Assembly (NCBI GenBank): GCA_041482475.1
Contig: JBGPDX010000003.1
Span: forward strand, 1-38,703
DNA from: Candidatus Limnocylindria bacterium
GTDB taxonomy: Bacteria; Chloroflexota; Limnocylindria; Limnocylindrales; CSP1-4
DNA length: 38,703 bases
Reading direction: 5' to 3'
Shown here piece after piece: positions 17,601-27,047 of this stretch; the stretch's first letter is position 1, and each line of letters starts with the position of its first letter. Below the pieces are notes generated by a model. The model worked only from the letters and a program-made list of their open reading frames with translations, made no database searches and was not told the origin of the DNA. A program made the position numbers and the translations under genes.

Positions 17601-18217
17601 ACGAGCGGCAGGCCGCCCGGCTCCGCCGGCGGGCCAGCGTCGAGCAGCGCCTCGAGGCGGGCCAGGACGATGGCGTAGTCGCTGGCCCTGGCCAGCGACG
17701 CGTCGTCGAACAGCTCGCGGAACGGCTCGGCGGCGGGGTTGCCGTTGGTCAGCCCCAGCAGCAGCAGCTCCTCGAGGGCGGCCTCCTGTACCTGCGCGGT
17801 GCCCGGCGCCGGCGGTCGCGCCGCTTCGGCGACATCGTGGCCCCGTGGGCCCGCTGCGCCGTCCGGGAACTCCCGCCCGAACGTGCCGACCACGTCCTCG
17901 ATGCGCCCTCGCCCGAGCTCGGCCTCGAGAACCTCCGCGGCCCGGGCGAGCGCGCCCGGCGAGATGCGCCTGTCGTAGCGCTCGACCAGGTAGTGGAAGA
18001 CCTCGTGCAGGATCCCCAGCGCGTAGAGCTCCGCCCCGGTCAGCGACGGTGCGCCTCCCCGCGCGGCCGGTGCCACCGCCCGAACCTGGTTGATCCTCGC
18101 CGCCAGCCGTCGTGCGCCGGCGACGTCGGCGACGAGGACGCCGCCGTGCAGCCCGAACAGGGCCCCCGCGAGGTCGTAGCGCTGTCGGGCCTGTCGGGAG
18201 ACGTGGAACTCCCTCAT
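14687..18217 (-). CDS. Large alpha-amylase family (GH13) glycoside hydrolase
   Basis: ASAYSLDDY, DMVPNH, WNDTAQLDY, RFDAAM, AEAFW, FMSNPDE, TLPGLPL. Confidence 0.88.
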   Translation of the reverse strand: MREFHVSRQARQRYDLAGALFGLHGGVLVADVAGARRLAARINQVRAVAPAARGGAPSLTGAELYALGILHEVFHYLVERYDRRISPGALARAAEVLEAELGRGRIEDVVGTFGREFPDGAAGPRGHDVAEAARPPAPGTAQVQEAALEELLLLGLTNGNPAAEPFRELFDDASLARASDYAIVLARLEALLDAGPPAEPGGLPLVAMLRAPVGASPTSLAGQLRYVRDRWAPLLGELGALLDRILIGLDVLAEEERALHLRFGGGQGGFGGLVETPSFGGLDAEPERFSSDSEWMPRVVLLARSTYVWLDQLSRRYGRDIHSLDAIPDEELDTLARWGVSGLWLIGLWERSRASRRIKQLRGNVDAVASAYSLDDYRIADDLGGESAFANLRGRAWSRGIRLASDMVPNHMGIDSRWMVEHPERFISLPEPPYPSYSFGGPDLSSDERVGIFLEDHYYDSSDAAVVFRRLDRWSGENRFVYHGNDGTSFPWNDTAQLDYLKAEVREAVIETILDVARRFPIIRFDAAMVLARKHVERLWYPEPGAGGAIPSRAEHALPKAAFDAAMPTEFWRDVVDRVATQVPDTLLLAEAFWLLEGYFVRTLGMHRVYNSAFMHMLRDETNGGYRRVMKETLEFDPEILKRYVNFMSNPDEATAVEQFGKGDKYFGVATLLATLPGLPLLGHGQVEGFGEKYGMEFRRATLDERPDPWLVERHEREIFPLLHRRAQFAGADDFLLYDFEHDQGGVDENVFAYSNGRGPARSLVVYHNRFASTSGRIRRSVGYAVKGADGSKHVEQRSLAEGLRLTGGGDAFVAFRDARGGLEYLRSAAELRDGGLWLQLDAYRCHVFWEFRDIVDRVGVWRRLAGHLQGAGVPSLEDALRELELEPVHAAIRALAATSGMVELVRDGRPVDADAIEGSQAALARSVAEATGTTGDPGRVAGVAVGRLLAIGRRSAGDVPAAGSTGAASRASRAARAAARDPLHPVRAAFADPWHRAVLAGWSILEPLGGLAPRAMVGPTSRAWFDELRLASVLAGAFRAAGLDEAAAWGATERVGLLLALPRPSNVGGRTTPERARRLVSAWLDQPDVRAFLRVNRWEGVEWFGRDEWRDLLDWALLLDAIDATVDDKALAAEAALILRLAASGEQSGYRVDTLRALVGPPARPRPNRPRVARP

Positions 18218-18230
18218 GGCCCGAAGGATG

Positions 18231-19256
18231 TCACGCGGGCAGCCGCACCGTCGCCTTGCTCCTTGCAGCATGGACGTGGTCGATCGCGCGTCGCAACAGC
18301 TCGAGCCCCGCCGGATCGAACTCGTACGTCCACGGCCGGATCCGCTCCCGTCGCGAGAAGCGGGATTCGAGGCCCGCCGCGAGCGCCTCGCGCGACATCA
18401 GGATGACGTCCGCGGTCCGGTCGACGAGAGCGAGGTCGTCGTCCGCCTCGATCGTCGCCGAAACGATCTCGACGCCCTTCGTCCCGGACAGCGCCAGCGT
18501 CTCGGCGATGTTGTCCGTGCCGCGCTCCGAGGCGCAGACGAGGCCGACACGCGATCCGGCGGGCAGCCCGGCGATCTCGTGGACGAGCTCCACGTAGCCG
18601 GGACCGATCAGCATCGCCACGACGGGCACCCGACCGTGCACCAGCGCCTGCGTCTCGTCGGCGTGGAACGTCGTCGTGGCCACCAGGTCGTAGTGGAATC
18701 GCTGGAGCCGATCCGGGACGTCGTCGAGCAGCGCCCCCTCGGCCTCGATGTCGCCGCGGAACGCGTCGTTCAGCCGCTGAGCGTCATAGCCGGCGTCGGC
18801 GTTGGTGCATTCGGCGAAGAGGACCCGGACCAGGGGGCCGGGACGCTTGCGTTCGGTCGCCGCAGCGAACGTGGCGGCAGCGACCTCGTCGGCGGTGAAT
18901 CCGGCCGCTGAACCGCGACGGAGCAGCTCGGCGACGATCCCGGCTAGCGCCTCTGCGCCGCGACGACTGGGCGGGCGATCGGCGACGACCGTCCCCGCAC
19001 CGTGTCGACTGGTGACGTAGCCGGCATCGGCCAGGCGGCGATACACCGCCCGGATCGTGTTGGGGTTCACCCGGAGTGCGGCGCCCAGCTCCCGGACGGG
19101 CGGCAGGCGGGAGCCGGGCAGGAGGCGGCCGGAATCGATCTGGTACGTGAGCTGCCAGTAGATCTGGGTCGAGATCGGGACGTCCGAATCACGCTCGACG
19201 TCGAGGTCGCTGCCCGACGGGATGACGATCGGCTGGTCCGCGTCAGTACTTGACAT
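18231..19256 (-). CDS. GntR family transcriptional regulator with long C-terminal effector region
   Basis: PISTQI...GSRLPPVRELGAALRVNPNTIRAVYRRL...GAGT winged HTH. Confidence 0.9.
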   Translation of the reverse strand: MSSTDADQPIVIPSGSDLDVERDSDVPISTQIYWQLTYQIDSGRLLPGSRLPPVRELGAALRVNPNTIRAVYRRLADAGYVTSRHGAGTVVADRPPSRRGAEALAGIVAELLRRGSAAGFTADEVAAATFAAATERKRPGPLVRVLFAECTNADAGYDAQRLNDAFRGDIEAEGALLDDVPDRLQRFHYDLVATTTFHADETQALVHGRVPVVAMLIGPGYVELVHEIAGLPAGSRVGLVCASERGTDNIAETLALSGTKGVEIVSATIEADDDLALVDRTADVILMSREALAAGLESRFSRRERIRPWTYEFDPAGLELLRRAIDHVHAARSKATVRLPA

Positions 19257-19296
19257 AGTCCATTAGTCCAAGTAGCCTCCAGTTTGGCCTAGTCAA
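19250..19296 (+). promoter_or_regulatory. Promoter of the small-peptide gene with TAGTC(C/A)A repeats (candidate GntR operator)
   Basis: TTGACA 19250-19255, 17 bp, TAGCCT 19273-19278; TAGTCCA twice inside the spacer and TAGTCAA at 19290-19296. Confidence 0.65.
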
Positions 19297-19320
19297 CTGT
19301 ATCAAACAAGGTGGTCCCGC

Positions 19321-19443
19321 ATGGAAGGGCTCCTCTTCCTGGCGATCTTCATCTCGGTGCTCGTCGTGCTGGATCTCGCCGCCGCCAAATTCGGCGTGGA
19401 CTCGCGCGACGCGTTCGAGCCTCGCCTGGGGATCCTGGACTGA
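19321..19443 (+). CDS. 40-aa single-TM small protein (not in the ORF track)
   Basis: MEGLLFLAIFISVLVVLDLAAAKFGVDSRDAFEPRLGILD*; high GC3, SD-like AAGGTGG, own promoter, GC hairpin at 19449-19465. Confidence 0.75.
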   Translation: MEGLLFLAIFISVLVVLDLAAAKFGVDSRDAFEPRLGILD

Positions 19444-19563
19444 CGGCCGGCGGGCGCCGCCCGCCACAGTCGACCGAAGACTCCTGGTGCCGCCGCCCCC
19501 CGCGGTTGCGCCTCCCTCGTCAGCCCGTGGTTGCGCAGGCCACGGGCTGACGGATTCCCGGGC

Positions 19564-21012
19564 TCAGATGAGCGGGCCGGGTTGGCCCGCCTCGCTCAAC
19601 GCCGCCCGGTAGATGGCCGCCCCGTCCAGCCCCTGGCCGGGCGAGACGAAGAGGGCGAGATCGGCGACGAAGCCACGTTCGAGGCGCGTGCCGCAGGTCG
19701 CATCGACCAACCGGACGGCGCGCGCCGCACAGCGGAGGTTCTGCCTCGTCTCGGGCCGGATCGGGTCGTCCCAGAACCAGCCATCGCTGGCGAACATCGC
19801 CAGCCGCCACCGTTGCGCCTCGAGCAGGTCCAGGAACCGCCGCCGGCCGGCCGCACGAACGCGCCTGCCGAGCTGCCGCGTGACGAAGGTCGCCGCCGAT
19901 TCGGTGCCCAGCACGACGTCGACAAAGGCATCCCGGGCGGCGATGCGGTCGGGCGCGCCGGGGAGGGCCGCGAACGTCGAATCCGTCGCGGCGTCGATGG
20001 CCCCGGCGAGGCGTTCCAGCGCCGCCCGCAGCGGACCCTTCCAGCGACCGTCCACCGCGTCCGGGCATTCCCAGCCCCAGCGAGCCACGCCATGGTGGCA
20101 GCTCCACGACGTGCGTTCGGCGATCCTGGTCGTGCGCATCGCCCGCTCCTCCGCCCCGCGCAGGACCGTGGCGAGGTCGGCCACATCGAAGCCGCGGTCG
20201 GGCACGGCGGGACCCGGGGCCACGAGCCGCTGCAGGAACAGGTCGCGGAATTGCTGGTGATGGCCGTATAGCTCGCCGTCCGTCGCGATCACGACGAGGC
20301 CGGGTTCGCCGTCGGTGAATGGCGTCCCGGCCAGGCGCGTCGCCACGCGCTCGCGGGCGAATCGGTCCGCGTCGGCGGTCGCCGCGGGCTCGAACGAGAC
20401 GGCGCTGGACAGGCCCGCGTCGTAGAAGGCCACGACCATGCTCCGCCCGCCTCCCAGCTCGACGCGATGGGGCCGGCGTGTCTCGAGGTTGGCGTCCACC
20501 GACTGCCATGGGGCGAGGATCGTGTAGCGAACGCCCTCCTCGGAAAGCGACCGAAGGGTGGGCAGGTCGACCGCCGTCTCGGGCAGCCACAGGCCTTCGG
20601 CGGAGCGGCCGAAACGGACGACGAAGTCGCGCAGACCCCACCGAATCTCGGTCCGCCGATCCGCCGCCGAGGCCAGCGGCAGGATCGTGTGATGAAACGG
20701 TTGGGCCATCGCGTTGCCGTGCGACGTGGGCTCGCTCGCGACCTCGGCGGGATCGTCGCCGGCGATGAACCCGCGGTACGACAGCGGCGCCTCCGTCGCC
20801 AGCCACGCCGCGAGGGTAGGTCCGACGTCGTAGGAGATGCGATTAAGTGTTCCCCGCTCCGCGATGGGGCGGTAGCACTCCGCGTCGATGCGGGCATTCC
20901 AGTCGTGGAACGGCGCCGCGGCGGGATCGGCCGGGACGCGGCCGCTGAACGGGTCGACCCGCAGCGGCTGGTAGAAATGACCGTGGACGACGAGCCGGCC
21001 GCGAGCCGTCAT
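19564..21012 (-). CDS. GH57 family / DUF3536-type glycoside hydrolase
   Basis: HGHFYQP, HDWNARIDAECY, HTILPLA, WLPETAVD, ATDGELYGHH, SWSCHHGVARW, MFASDGWFWDD; ATGA overlap with the upstream gene. Confidence 0.87.
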   Translation of the reverse strand: MTARGRLVVHGHFYQPLRVDPFSGRVPADPAAAPFHDWNARIDAECYRPIAERGTLNRISYDVGPTLAAWLATEAPLSYRGFIAGDDPAEVASEPTSHGNAMAQPFHHTILPLASAADRRTEIRWGLRDFVVRFGRSAEGLWLPETAVDLPTLRSLSEEGVRYTILAPWQSVDANLETRRPHRVELGGGRSMVVAFYDAGLSSAVSFEPAATADADRFARERVATRLAGTPFTDGEPGLVVIATDGELYGHHQQFRDLFLQRLVAPGPAVPDRGFDVADLATVLRGAEERAMRTTRIAERTSWSCHHGVARWGWECPDAVDGRWKGPLRAALERLAGAIDAATDSTFAALPGAPDRIAARDAFVDVVLGTESAATFVTRQLGRRVRAAGRRRFLDLLEAQRWRLAMFASDGWFWDDPIRPETRQNLRCAARAVRLVDATCGTRLERGFVADLALFVSPGQGLDGAAIYRAALSEAGQPGPLI

Positions 21013-23198
21013 GCGGGCGTCGCGGTGGCTGCGGCCTCCTCGGCGGCACGGTCGCGAGTTGCGGTCACGACGTGATCGACGCGGACGACGCAACGGTCTC
21101 CCGCCGCCAGCCGAATGGGCCACGACAGCAGCAGCGTGCTGCCCTGGTAGACGCGCTCGAAACCCGACTCCGAATTCGAGATCGTCTCGATCGGCGACCA
21201 CCATGCGTCGGCCGCCGGGCCGGCCGTGGTCACGACCTCGATGCCCAGGTCGTCGTTGCCCTGCCCGATCCGCGACGACCCGGACGCGGTCCCGGCAGCG
21301 TCGTGCCGGACGCGCCCCTGGCCCGCGTCGTACCACGCCGCCGGGTTGCCGCCGCCGCCCAGCATCGTCGTCGCCCACTCGACGCCGAGCCGTGCCTCGA
21401 CGACACCACGCGACCGGTTCTCGACGACGACCTCGAGGCCAAGGCTCGGCGTCATGCGGTCGCCGCCCAGCATCAGCCGCTTCTCGACACGGACGGCCTG
21501 TCGAGCGCGGCCGGACTTCACGAATCCGTCGCGTGCCGTGACGAGCAGGCCGCGGTCGAGCGACACGACCTCGAACGGTCCGTCGACGAAATCGCCCAGC
21601 TCGGTGGCTTCGGCGGCCCCGAATGATTCGGGCGTCGCGTCGAGGGTCAGGAAGCGGACCAGCCCGGACCGACGCTCGTACGGGTCGTAGTGCAGCAGCG
21701 ACGAAAGGTTCGACTCCTTGGTCAGCAGCAGGTCGTGGATCGATACCGTACCGCCGTCGCGCGCCCCGGCGGCCGCGACCGCCGTCGCTGCGGCGGCCTC
21801 CGCGTCATGCGCGCGAAGCTTTTCGTGGTACGCCTCCGGACGCCGCCGAAGCACCGCCGTGACCGCATGCCGCGACGCGCGCAGGTCCCACGACCCGATT
21901 CCCGCGCCTTCGTCGAGCTTCACGGTCACGATCTGTCCGGGGTGCGTCAGGAGGACCTCGGCGTGACCATCGAGGTCCACGTCGGTCACCTCCGCCAGCT
22001 CGCCGACACCGCCCAGCGAATCGGCCAGGTCCTCGGCGGCGATCAGGTGCTCGAACGTCGCCAGCCGCATGTGGCTGATGTAGATGCCGCCGAACAGCCC
22101 GTGCCAGTAGCAGTCGTTCGACTGACCGCGATAGAGGTGGTCCGCCGCGGCCGCGTGTTGCGGCGTGCCGGCCATCGCGGCCACCTTGCCGGACGTTCGG
22201 AGCATCTGCTTGTGCAGGTCGTTGATCTCGCGGTACTTCACCTGGAAGTTGCGCCAGAAGCCGCCACGCAGCCAGCGCGCCTCTGGCCGGTGCTGTGCGA
22301 CGGCGTCGTGCAGGACCCTCGAGAAGACGGGTGCCTCGTCGGCCGGCAGCGCCCACTCGCCCATCTCGGCGTACGAGCTCGTCGGGACGTAGACGCGGCC
22401 GATCGGCGCGTGGCGGTCGAGCCAGCGTGACGGCGTGACGGTCGTCAGCCACGACGCATTCGCCTCGATGGCGGCGAAGAAGCGATCGACCCACCGGCCA
22501 GTGCCCCAGCAGTGTTCGTACGTCGTGGGCCACGCGCCGAACTTCTCGCCGTCGTCACCCATCGTGCCGACGCGCGTGCCGTCCTCCGTGGCGTGGTCGC
22601 GCAGGTAGGCGATGACGTCGTCGACGTCGCCGAACGGGATGCGGTAGCGAAGTCCCTGCTCCGTGCCGAAGACGGTCAGCAGCCGGCCCTGGTCTTCGGT
22701 GGTGTAGGCGCCCCACAGGTTTGCCTCGGGAATCGCGGCGGCGCGGAAATGTGCGTCGTCGAGAATCGTCCACTCGTAACCCGCGCCGGCGAGCGACGTC
22801 GGCAGGTCCGGCTCCCAGACACGCTCGGCGAGCCACGCGCCGCGCGGCCGGCTCCCGCTGAGCGCCTGGATCTCGTTCGCCATCCGCTCGAGCTGCCCCA
22901 GCCGGTCACGCTCGGGCAGCGACGCCAGCACCGGCTCGTAGTAGCCGCCGCCCATGAGCTCCACCTGGCCGCGCGCCACGAGCGCGCGCAACCCGTCGAG
23001 GAACGGCGGGCGCTCCGCCCGGAACCACTCGAGCAGCGCGCCGCTGTAGTGCAGCGAGAGGCGAACCCCGGGATGTCGCTCGAGCGCATCGAGCATCGGC
23101 CGGTAGGCCCGATCGTGGACGTCGGCGAAGACCCAGCCGAAGTTGCCGACGGGCTGGTGGTTGTGGATCGCCAGCGCCAGCGAGATGCGCGACGTCAC
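21009..23198 (-). CDS. GH57 4-alpha-glucanotransferase / alpha-amylase
   Basis: HNHQPVGNF, WLAERVWEP, DDGEKFGAWP, SYAEMGEW, GGFWRNF, QSNDCYWHGLFGGIY, SESGFERVYQG. Confidence 0.9.
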   Translation of the reverse strand: MTSRISLALAIHNHQPVGNFGWVFADVHDRAYRPMLDALERHPGVRLSLHYSGALLEWFRAERPPFLDGLRALVARGQVELMGGGYYEPVLASLPERDRLGQLERMANEIQALSGSRPRGAWLAERVWEPDLPTSLAGAGYEWTILDDAHFRAAAIPEANLWGAYTTEDQGRLLTVFGTEQGLRYRIPFGDVDDVIAYLRDHATEDGTRVGTMGDDGEKFGAWPTTYEHCWGTGRWVDRFFAAIEANASWLTTVTPSRWLDRHAPIGRVYVPTSSYAEMGEWALPADEAPVFSRVLHDAVAQHRPEARWLRGGFWRNFQVKYREINDLHKQMLRTSGKVAAMAGTPQHAAAADHLYRGQSNDCYWHGLFGGIYISHMRLATFEHLIAAEDLADSLGGVGELAEVTDVDLDGHAEVLLTHPGQIVTVKLDEGAGIGSWDLRASRHAVTAVLRRRPEAYHEKLRAHDAEAAAATAVAAAGARDGGTVSIHDLLLTKESNLSSLLHYDPYERRSGLVRFLTLDATPESFGAAEATELGDFVDGPFEVVSLDRGLLVTARDGFVKSGRARQAVRVEKRLMLGGDRMTPSLGLEVVVENRSRGVVEARLGVEWATTMLGGGGNPAAWYDAGQGRVRHDAAGTASGSSRIGQGNDDLGIEVVTTAGPAADAWWSPIETISNSESGFERVYQGSTLLLSWPIRLAAGDRCVVRVDHVVTATRDRAAEEAAATATPA

Positions 23199-23238
23199 GT
23201 CCGTGCCGCTCCCTGCAGCCCCGACCCGAGGAACCTGA

Positions 23239-25446
23239 TCAGCCGGCCTCCGTGACGAGCGGAACCTTGACCCGGGTGGGCTTCGTGACGGGAACGCCGG
23301 CGGCCGGCAGATAGAGCCACTCCGTGTACTCCTGGAGCATCCGCGTCGTCGAGAAGCGCCACATCGTCGTCGCCATCGAGCGGCGCATGATGTCGACCCA
23401 GCCCGGCGCGTAGCCCTTCGTGTTCCGCTCGTAGTAGCGCGGGACGATCTCGTTCTCGAGCAGGCGGTAGAGGTCCATCGCGTCGGCCCAGTCCTGGGCG
23501 CCCTCGTTGGGATTCGTGTCGCGGCCCCCGATCGCCCAGCCATTGTCCTGGGTCCAGCCCTCGTCCCACCAGCCGTCGAGGACGCTGACGTTGACGACGC
23601 CGTTGGCGGCGGCCTTCATGCCGCTCGTCCCCGATGCCTCCAGCGGTCGGCGCGGATTGTTGAGCCAGATGTCGACGCCCTGGACCAGGAACCGGGCGAT
23701 CCGCATGTCGTAGTCCTCGAGGATGAACACCCGCCCACGGAGCTTGTCCGAGCGCGACCGGGCGAAGATCTCCTGGATGACCTGCTGCCCGGGGCGGTCG
23801 GCCGGATGGGCCTTGCCGGCGAATACGATCTGGACCGGACGGGCGTCGTCGCGGACGAGCCTCGCCAGCCGATCGATGTCGCTGAAGATCATGCCCGCCC
23901 GTTTGTAGGTCGCAAAGCGGCGCGCGAAGCCGATCGTCAGGACGCCCGGGTCGAGCGCCTCGTCCAGCTTCTCGAGCACGGACGGCGCCTCGCCGTGGCG
24001 GGCGAACTGGCTGCGCAGCCGGCCGCGGGCGAAGATGGCCAGCTCGCGTTTCTGGCGCTGGTGCGCCTCCCACAGCTCGCGCGCCGGGATCCGGTCGATC
24101 CGCTCCCAGAAACGGCGGGCCCCGGTCTGATCGTCGAGGTCGTCGAGGTCCGCGTCGAGGAAGCGTTCGACGAGTTCCCGCATCGACGTCCCGATCCAGG
24201 TCGGAATGTGGACGCCGTTGGTGATCCCCAGGATCTTCCGCTCGCCGAGGAGCGGCGCCCACGTCGCGTTCGCGGTCTGCGCGTGGAGCCGGCTGACGGC
24301 GTTCGCGCCGTTTGTCAGTCGCAACGAGAAGGCCGTCATGTCGAACTCGGTCCGGTCGCCGTCGACGCCGAGCCCCAGCTCCAGGACGGTCTCGACCGGC
24401 ACCCCGCCGGTCCGGGGTCGTTTGTCGCCGTTGAGCAGCGGCCCGGCGACACGCCGAACGAGATCCGCCTCGAAGCGCTCGTTGCCGGCCGACACGGGCG
24501 TGTGGATGGTGAAGACGCTGTTCGACCGGATCGCCGCCCACGCGTCGTCCAGCGACGAGCCCGTGGCGACGAGCTCGCGGGCTCGCTCGGCGAGGAGGAA
24601 CGCCGAATGTCCTTCGTTGAGGTGCCACGCGGCGGGGGCGATGCCAAGCGCCCGGATCGCACGAACGCCGCCGACACCCAGGACGAGCTCCTGGTGGAGT
24701 CGCATCTCGCGTCCCCGGACGTAGAGGATGTGGGTGATCGGTCGATCCGCTTCGTCGTTGTCGGGCACGTCCGTGTCGAGGAGGAGGACCGGCACGCGGC
24801 CGACCTGGGCGCACCAGACGGCGACGGTGAGGTCCCGCCCGGGCAGCTCGACCGTGACCTGGAGCGGCTCGCCGTCCTCGCCCTGGACGCGGGTCAACGG
24901 CAGGCGCGACAGGTCGTAGTCGGGGTAGGCGTGCTCCTGGTGGCCGTCCGCGTCGATCGTCTGCCGGAAATAGCCCTTGCGGTAGAGCAGCCCGACGCCG
25001 ATGAGCGGCAGGGCCATGTCGCTGGCCGACTTCATGTGGTCGCCGGCGAGGACGCCCAGGCCGCCGGAGTAGATGCCGAGCGATTCGTAGAAGCCGTACT
25101 CGGCGCAGAAATAGGCGATCGATCCCTGGATGCGACCGCCGTGACGGCGCTGGAACCAGTGGTCGGAGCCGTTCTCGACGTAGCGGTCGAACTCCGCCAC
25201 GACGTCCTCGACCTCGGTCGTGAAGGTCGGGTCCTCGAGAAGGGCGGACCAGGACTGGACGTTGGCGAGGACCGGGATCGGGTTGCGGTAGCGGCTCCAG
25301 GCCGTCGCGTCGATCCGACTGAACAGGATCTTCGCCCGCGGGTGCCAGCTCCAGTAGAGGTTGTAGGCGAGCCGGCGAAGGCCCTCCAGTTGCGGCGGCA
25401 AACGGAACGTGGCGCCCGGCATCGTGGGCAGGCGAAGGGGCTTCAT
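23239..25446 (-). CDS. glgP: Alpha-glucan (glycogen) phosphorylase
   Basis: YSGGLGVLAGD, HLNEGH, HTPV.AGNE, TNGVH, ARRFATYKR, GKAHPAD, EASGTSGMK; TATGAT 8 nt upstream. Confidence 0.96.
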   Translation of the reverse strand: MKPLRLPTMPGATFRLPPQLEGLRRLAYNLYWSWHPRAKILFSRIDATAWSRYRNPIPVLANVQSWSALLEDPTFTTEVEDVVAEFDRYVENGSDHWFQRRHGGRIQGSIAYFCAEYGFYESLGIYSGGLGVLAGDHMKSASDMALPLIGVGLLYRKGYFRQTIDADGHQEHAYPDYDLSRLPLTRVQGEDGEPLQVTVELPGRDLTVAVWCAQVGRVPVLLLDTDVPDNDEADRPITHILYVRGREMRLHQELVLGVGGVRAIRALGIAPAAWHLNEGHSAFLLAERARELVATGSSLDDAWAAIRSNSVFTIHTPVSAGNERFEADLVRRVAGPLLNGDKRPRTGGVPVETVLELGLGVDGDRTEFDMTAFSLRLTNGANAVSRLHAQTANATWAPLLGERKILGITNGVHIPTWIGTSMRELVERFLDADLDDLDDQTGARRFWERIDRIPARELWEAHQRQKRELAIFARGRLRSQFARHGEAPSVLEKLDEALDPGVLTIGFARRFATYKRAGMIFSDIDRLARLVRDDARPVQIVFAGKAHPADRPGQQVIQEIFARSRSDKLRGRVFILEDYDMRIARFLVQGVDIWLNNPRRPLEASGTSGMKAAANGVVNVSVLDGWWDEGWTQDNGWAIGGRDTNPNEGAQDWADAMDLYRLLENEIVPRYYERNTKGYAPGWVDIMRRSMATTMWRFSTTRMLQEYTEWLYLPAAGVPVTKPTRVKVPLVTEAG

Positions 25447-25579
25447 GGACGCGGATCATAGCGTTTCGACCCTCTCGCGTGAACCGGTTTAGTCGTACGG
25501 ATCGGGTGCGAATCCCGGCCACATCGCTTGCCGGCGCCGGCCCCCACCCGAGCCCGGGCCGGGCCGCTACCATCGCCCG

Positions 25580-27046
25580 ATGCGCGTGACGCTCATCGCG
25601 GCCGAATGCGAGCCGTGGGCCAAGACGGGCGGCCTCGCCGACGTCGTCGACGCCCTCGCCCGCGCCCTGGGCCGCCAGCCGGGCAGGGCGATCGAGTCGC
25701 CCGTCGACGTCTTCCTGCCGCGCTACCGGAGCGTCAGCGTTCCCGCCGGCGCGACGGCCACCGTCGTCCGCGTTCCCGATCCCACTGCCCTGACCGGGGC
25801 CACCGACGTCACCGTGGTCGACGTGGCGGCCGATGGCTACCGGCTCCGGCTGATCGACCACCCGCCGGCCTTCGACCGTGACGCGTTCTACGGCGACCGA
25901 TCCGGCGACTTCCCGGACAACGCCTGGCGATTCGGCTTGTTCTGCCGCGCGGCGCTCGAGACGATCCGCGTCGAGGGCCGCCCGCCGGACGTGCTGAGCC
26001 TGCACGACTGGCATGCCGCCCCGGCGGTCGTGTTTCGCGACCGCTGGTATGCCGACGACCCGGTCCTGGGCGCGACCGCGGCGCTCATGACGATTCACAA
26101 CCTCGCCTATCACGGATGGGTGCCCCGCAACCGGCTGCGTGAGCTGGGCCTGGCGCCCGGCGACGACGGCATCGCACCCGACGCCGACGGGCTGGACCTG
26201 CTGCGGGCCGGCATCGAACGCTCCGAGTTGACGAACACCGTCAGCCCCGGATTCGCGGCGGAGGCGCTGACACGGGACTACGGCATGGGACTCCACGGAG
26301 TGCTCCGTGCGAGGGGCGACCGGTTCTTCGGCATCCTCAACGGGCTCGACACCGCGCTGTGGGATCCCGCCACGGACAGCGCCCTGGCACGGCCGTACTC
26401 CGGGAGCGATCGAACCGGCAAGACGGACTGCAGGCGGGACCTCCTGGCGACCGTCGGGCTCGACCCCGACGACACGGGACCCGTCATCGGGATGATCGGG
26501 CGGCTCGACCCACAAAAGGGCTTCGATCTCCTGGCCGCCGCCGCGCCCGGACTGCTGTCGCGCGGTGCGCGGCTGGTCGTCCTGGGGAGCGGCGACCCGA
26601 CGCTCGTCGGCGAGCTGCGCACGATCGCCGGGCGCGCGCCCAGGGCGGTCGCCCTGCTCGAGCGGTTCGATCGGACGCTGGCGCGCAAGATCTATGCCGG
26701 GATCGACCTGTTCGTCATGCCGTCGCGGTTCGAACCGTGCGGGCAGGGCCAGATGATCGCGTTGCGGTACGGCTCCCCGCCGATCGTCCGCCGGACGGGC
26801 GGACTGCGCGACACGGTCGTCGACGAGGTGCGTGCCCCGGGTCGTGGCACGGGATTCTCGTTCGACGACGCGACGCCGCGCGCATTGCTGGCCGCCTGCG
26901 ACACCGCGATCGCGGCCTGGGAGCGGGGCGGCCCCTCGTGGGACGGGCTCGTCGCGCGGGGGATGGCCGTCGACTTCGACTGGACGACGGGCTCGGCGCC
27001 GCGTTATGTCGAGGCCTTCGAACGGGCCGTCTCGATCCGGCGCTGA
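25580..27046 (+). CDS. glgA: Glycogen synthase (GT5)
   Basis: KTGGLADV, HDWH, TIHNLAY, GILNG, RLDPQKG, PSRFEPCG, TGGLRDTV. Confidence 0.95.
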   Translation: MRVTLIAAECEPWAKTGGLADVVDALARALGRQPGRAIESPVDVFLPRYRSVSVPAGATATVVRVPDPTALTGATDVTVVDVAADGYRLRLIDHPPAFDRDAFYGDRSGDFPDNAWRFGLFCRAALETIRVEGRPPDVLSLHDWHAAPAVVFRDRWYADDPVLGATAALMTIHNLAYHGWVPRNRLRELGLAPGDDGIAPDADGLDLLRAGIERSELTNTVSPGFAAEALTRDYGMGLHGVLRARGDRFFGILNGLDTALWDPATDSALARPYSGSDRTGKTDCRRDLLATVGLDPDDTGPVIGMIGRLDPQKGFDLLAAAAPGLLSRGARLVVLGSGDPTLVGELRTIAGRAPRAVALLERFDRTLARKIYAGIDLFVMPSRFEPCGQGQMIALRYGSPPIVRRTGGLRDTVVDEVRAPGRGTGFSFDDATPRALLAACDTAIAAWERGGPSWDGLVARGMAVDFDWTTGSAPRYVEAFERAVSIRR

Positions 27047-27047
27047 C

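Noticed and set aside
19247-19274. dif-like sequence ACTTGGACTAA...CTATGTCAAGT on the minus strand
   Set aside because: The spacer is 4 bp rather than 6 bp, and it coincides with a promoter/operator and the gntR start.
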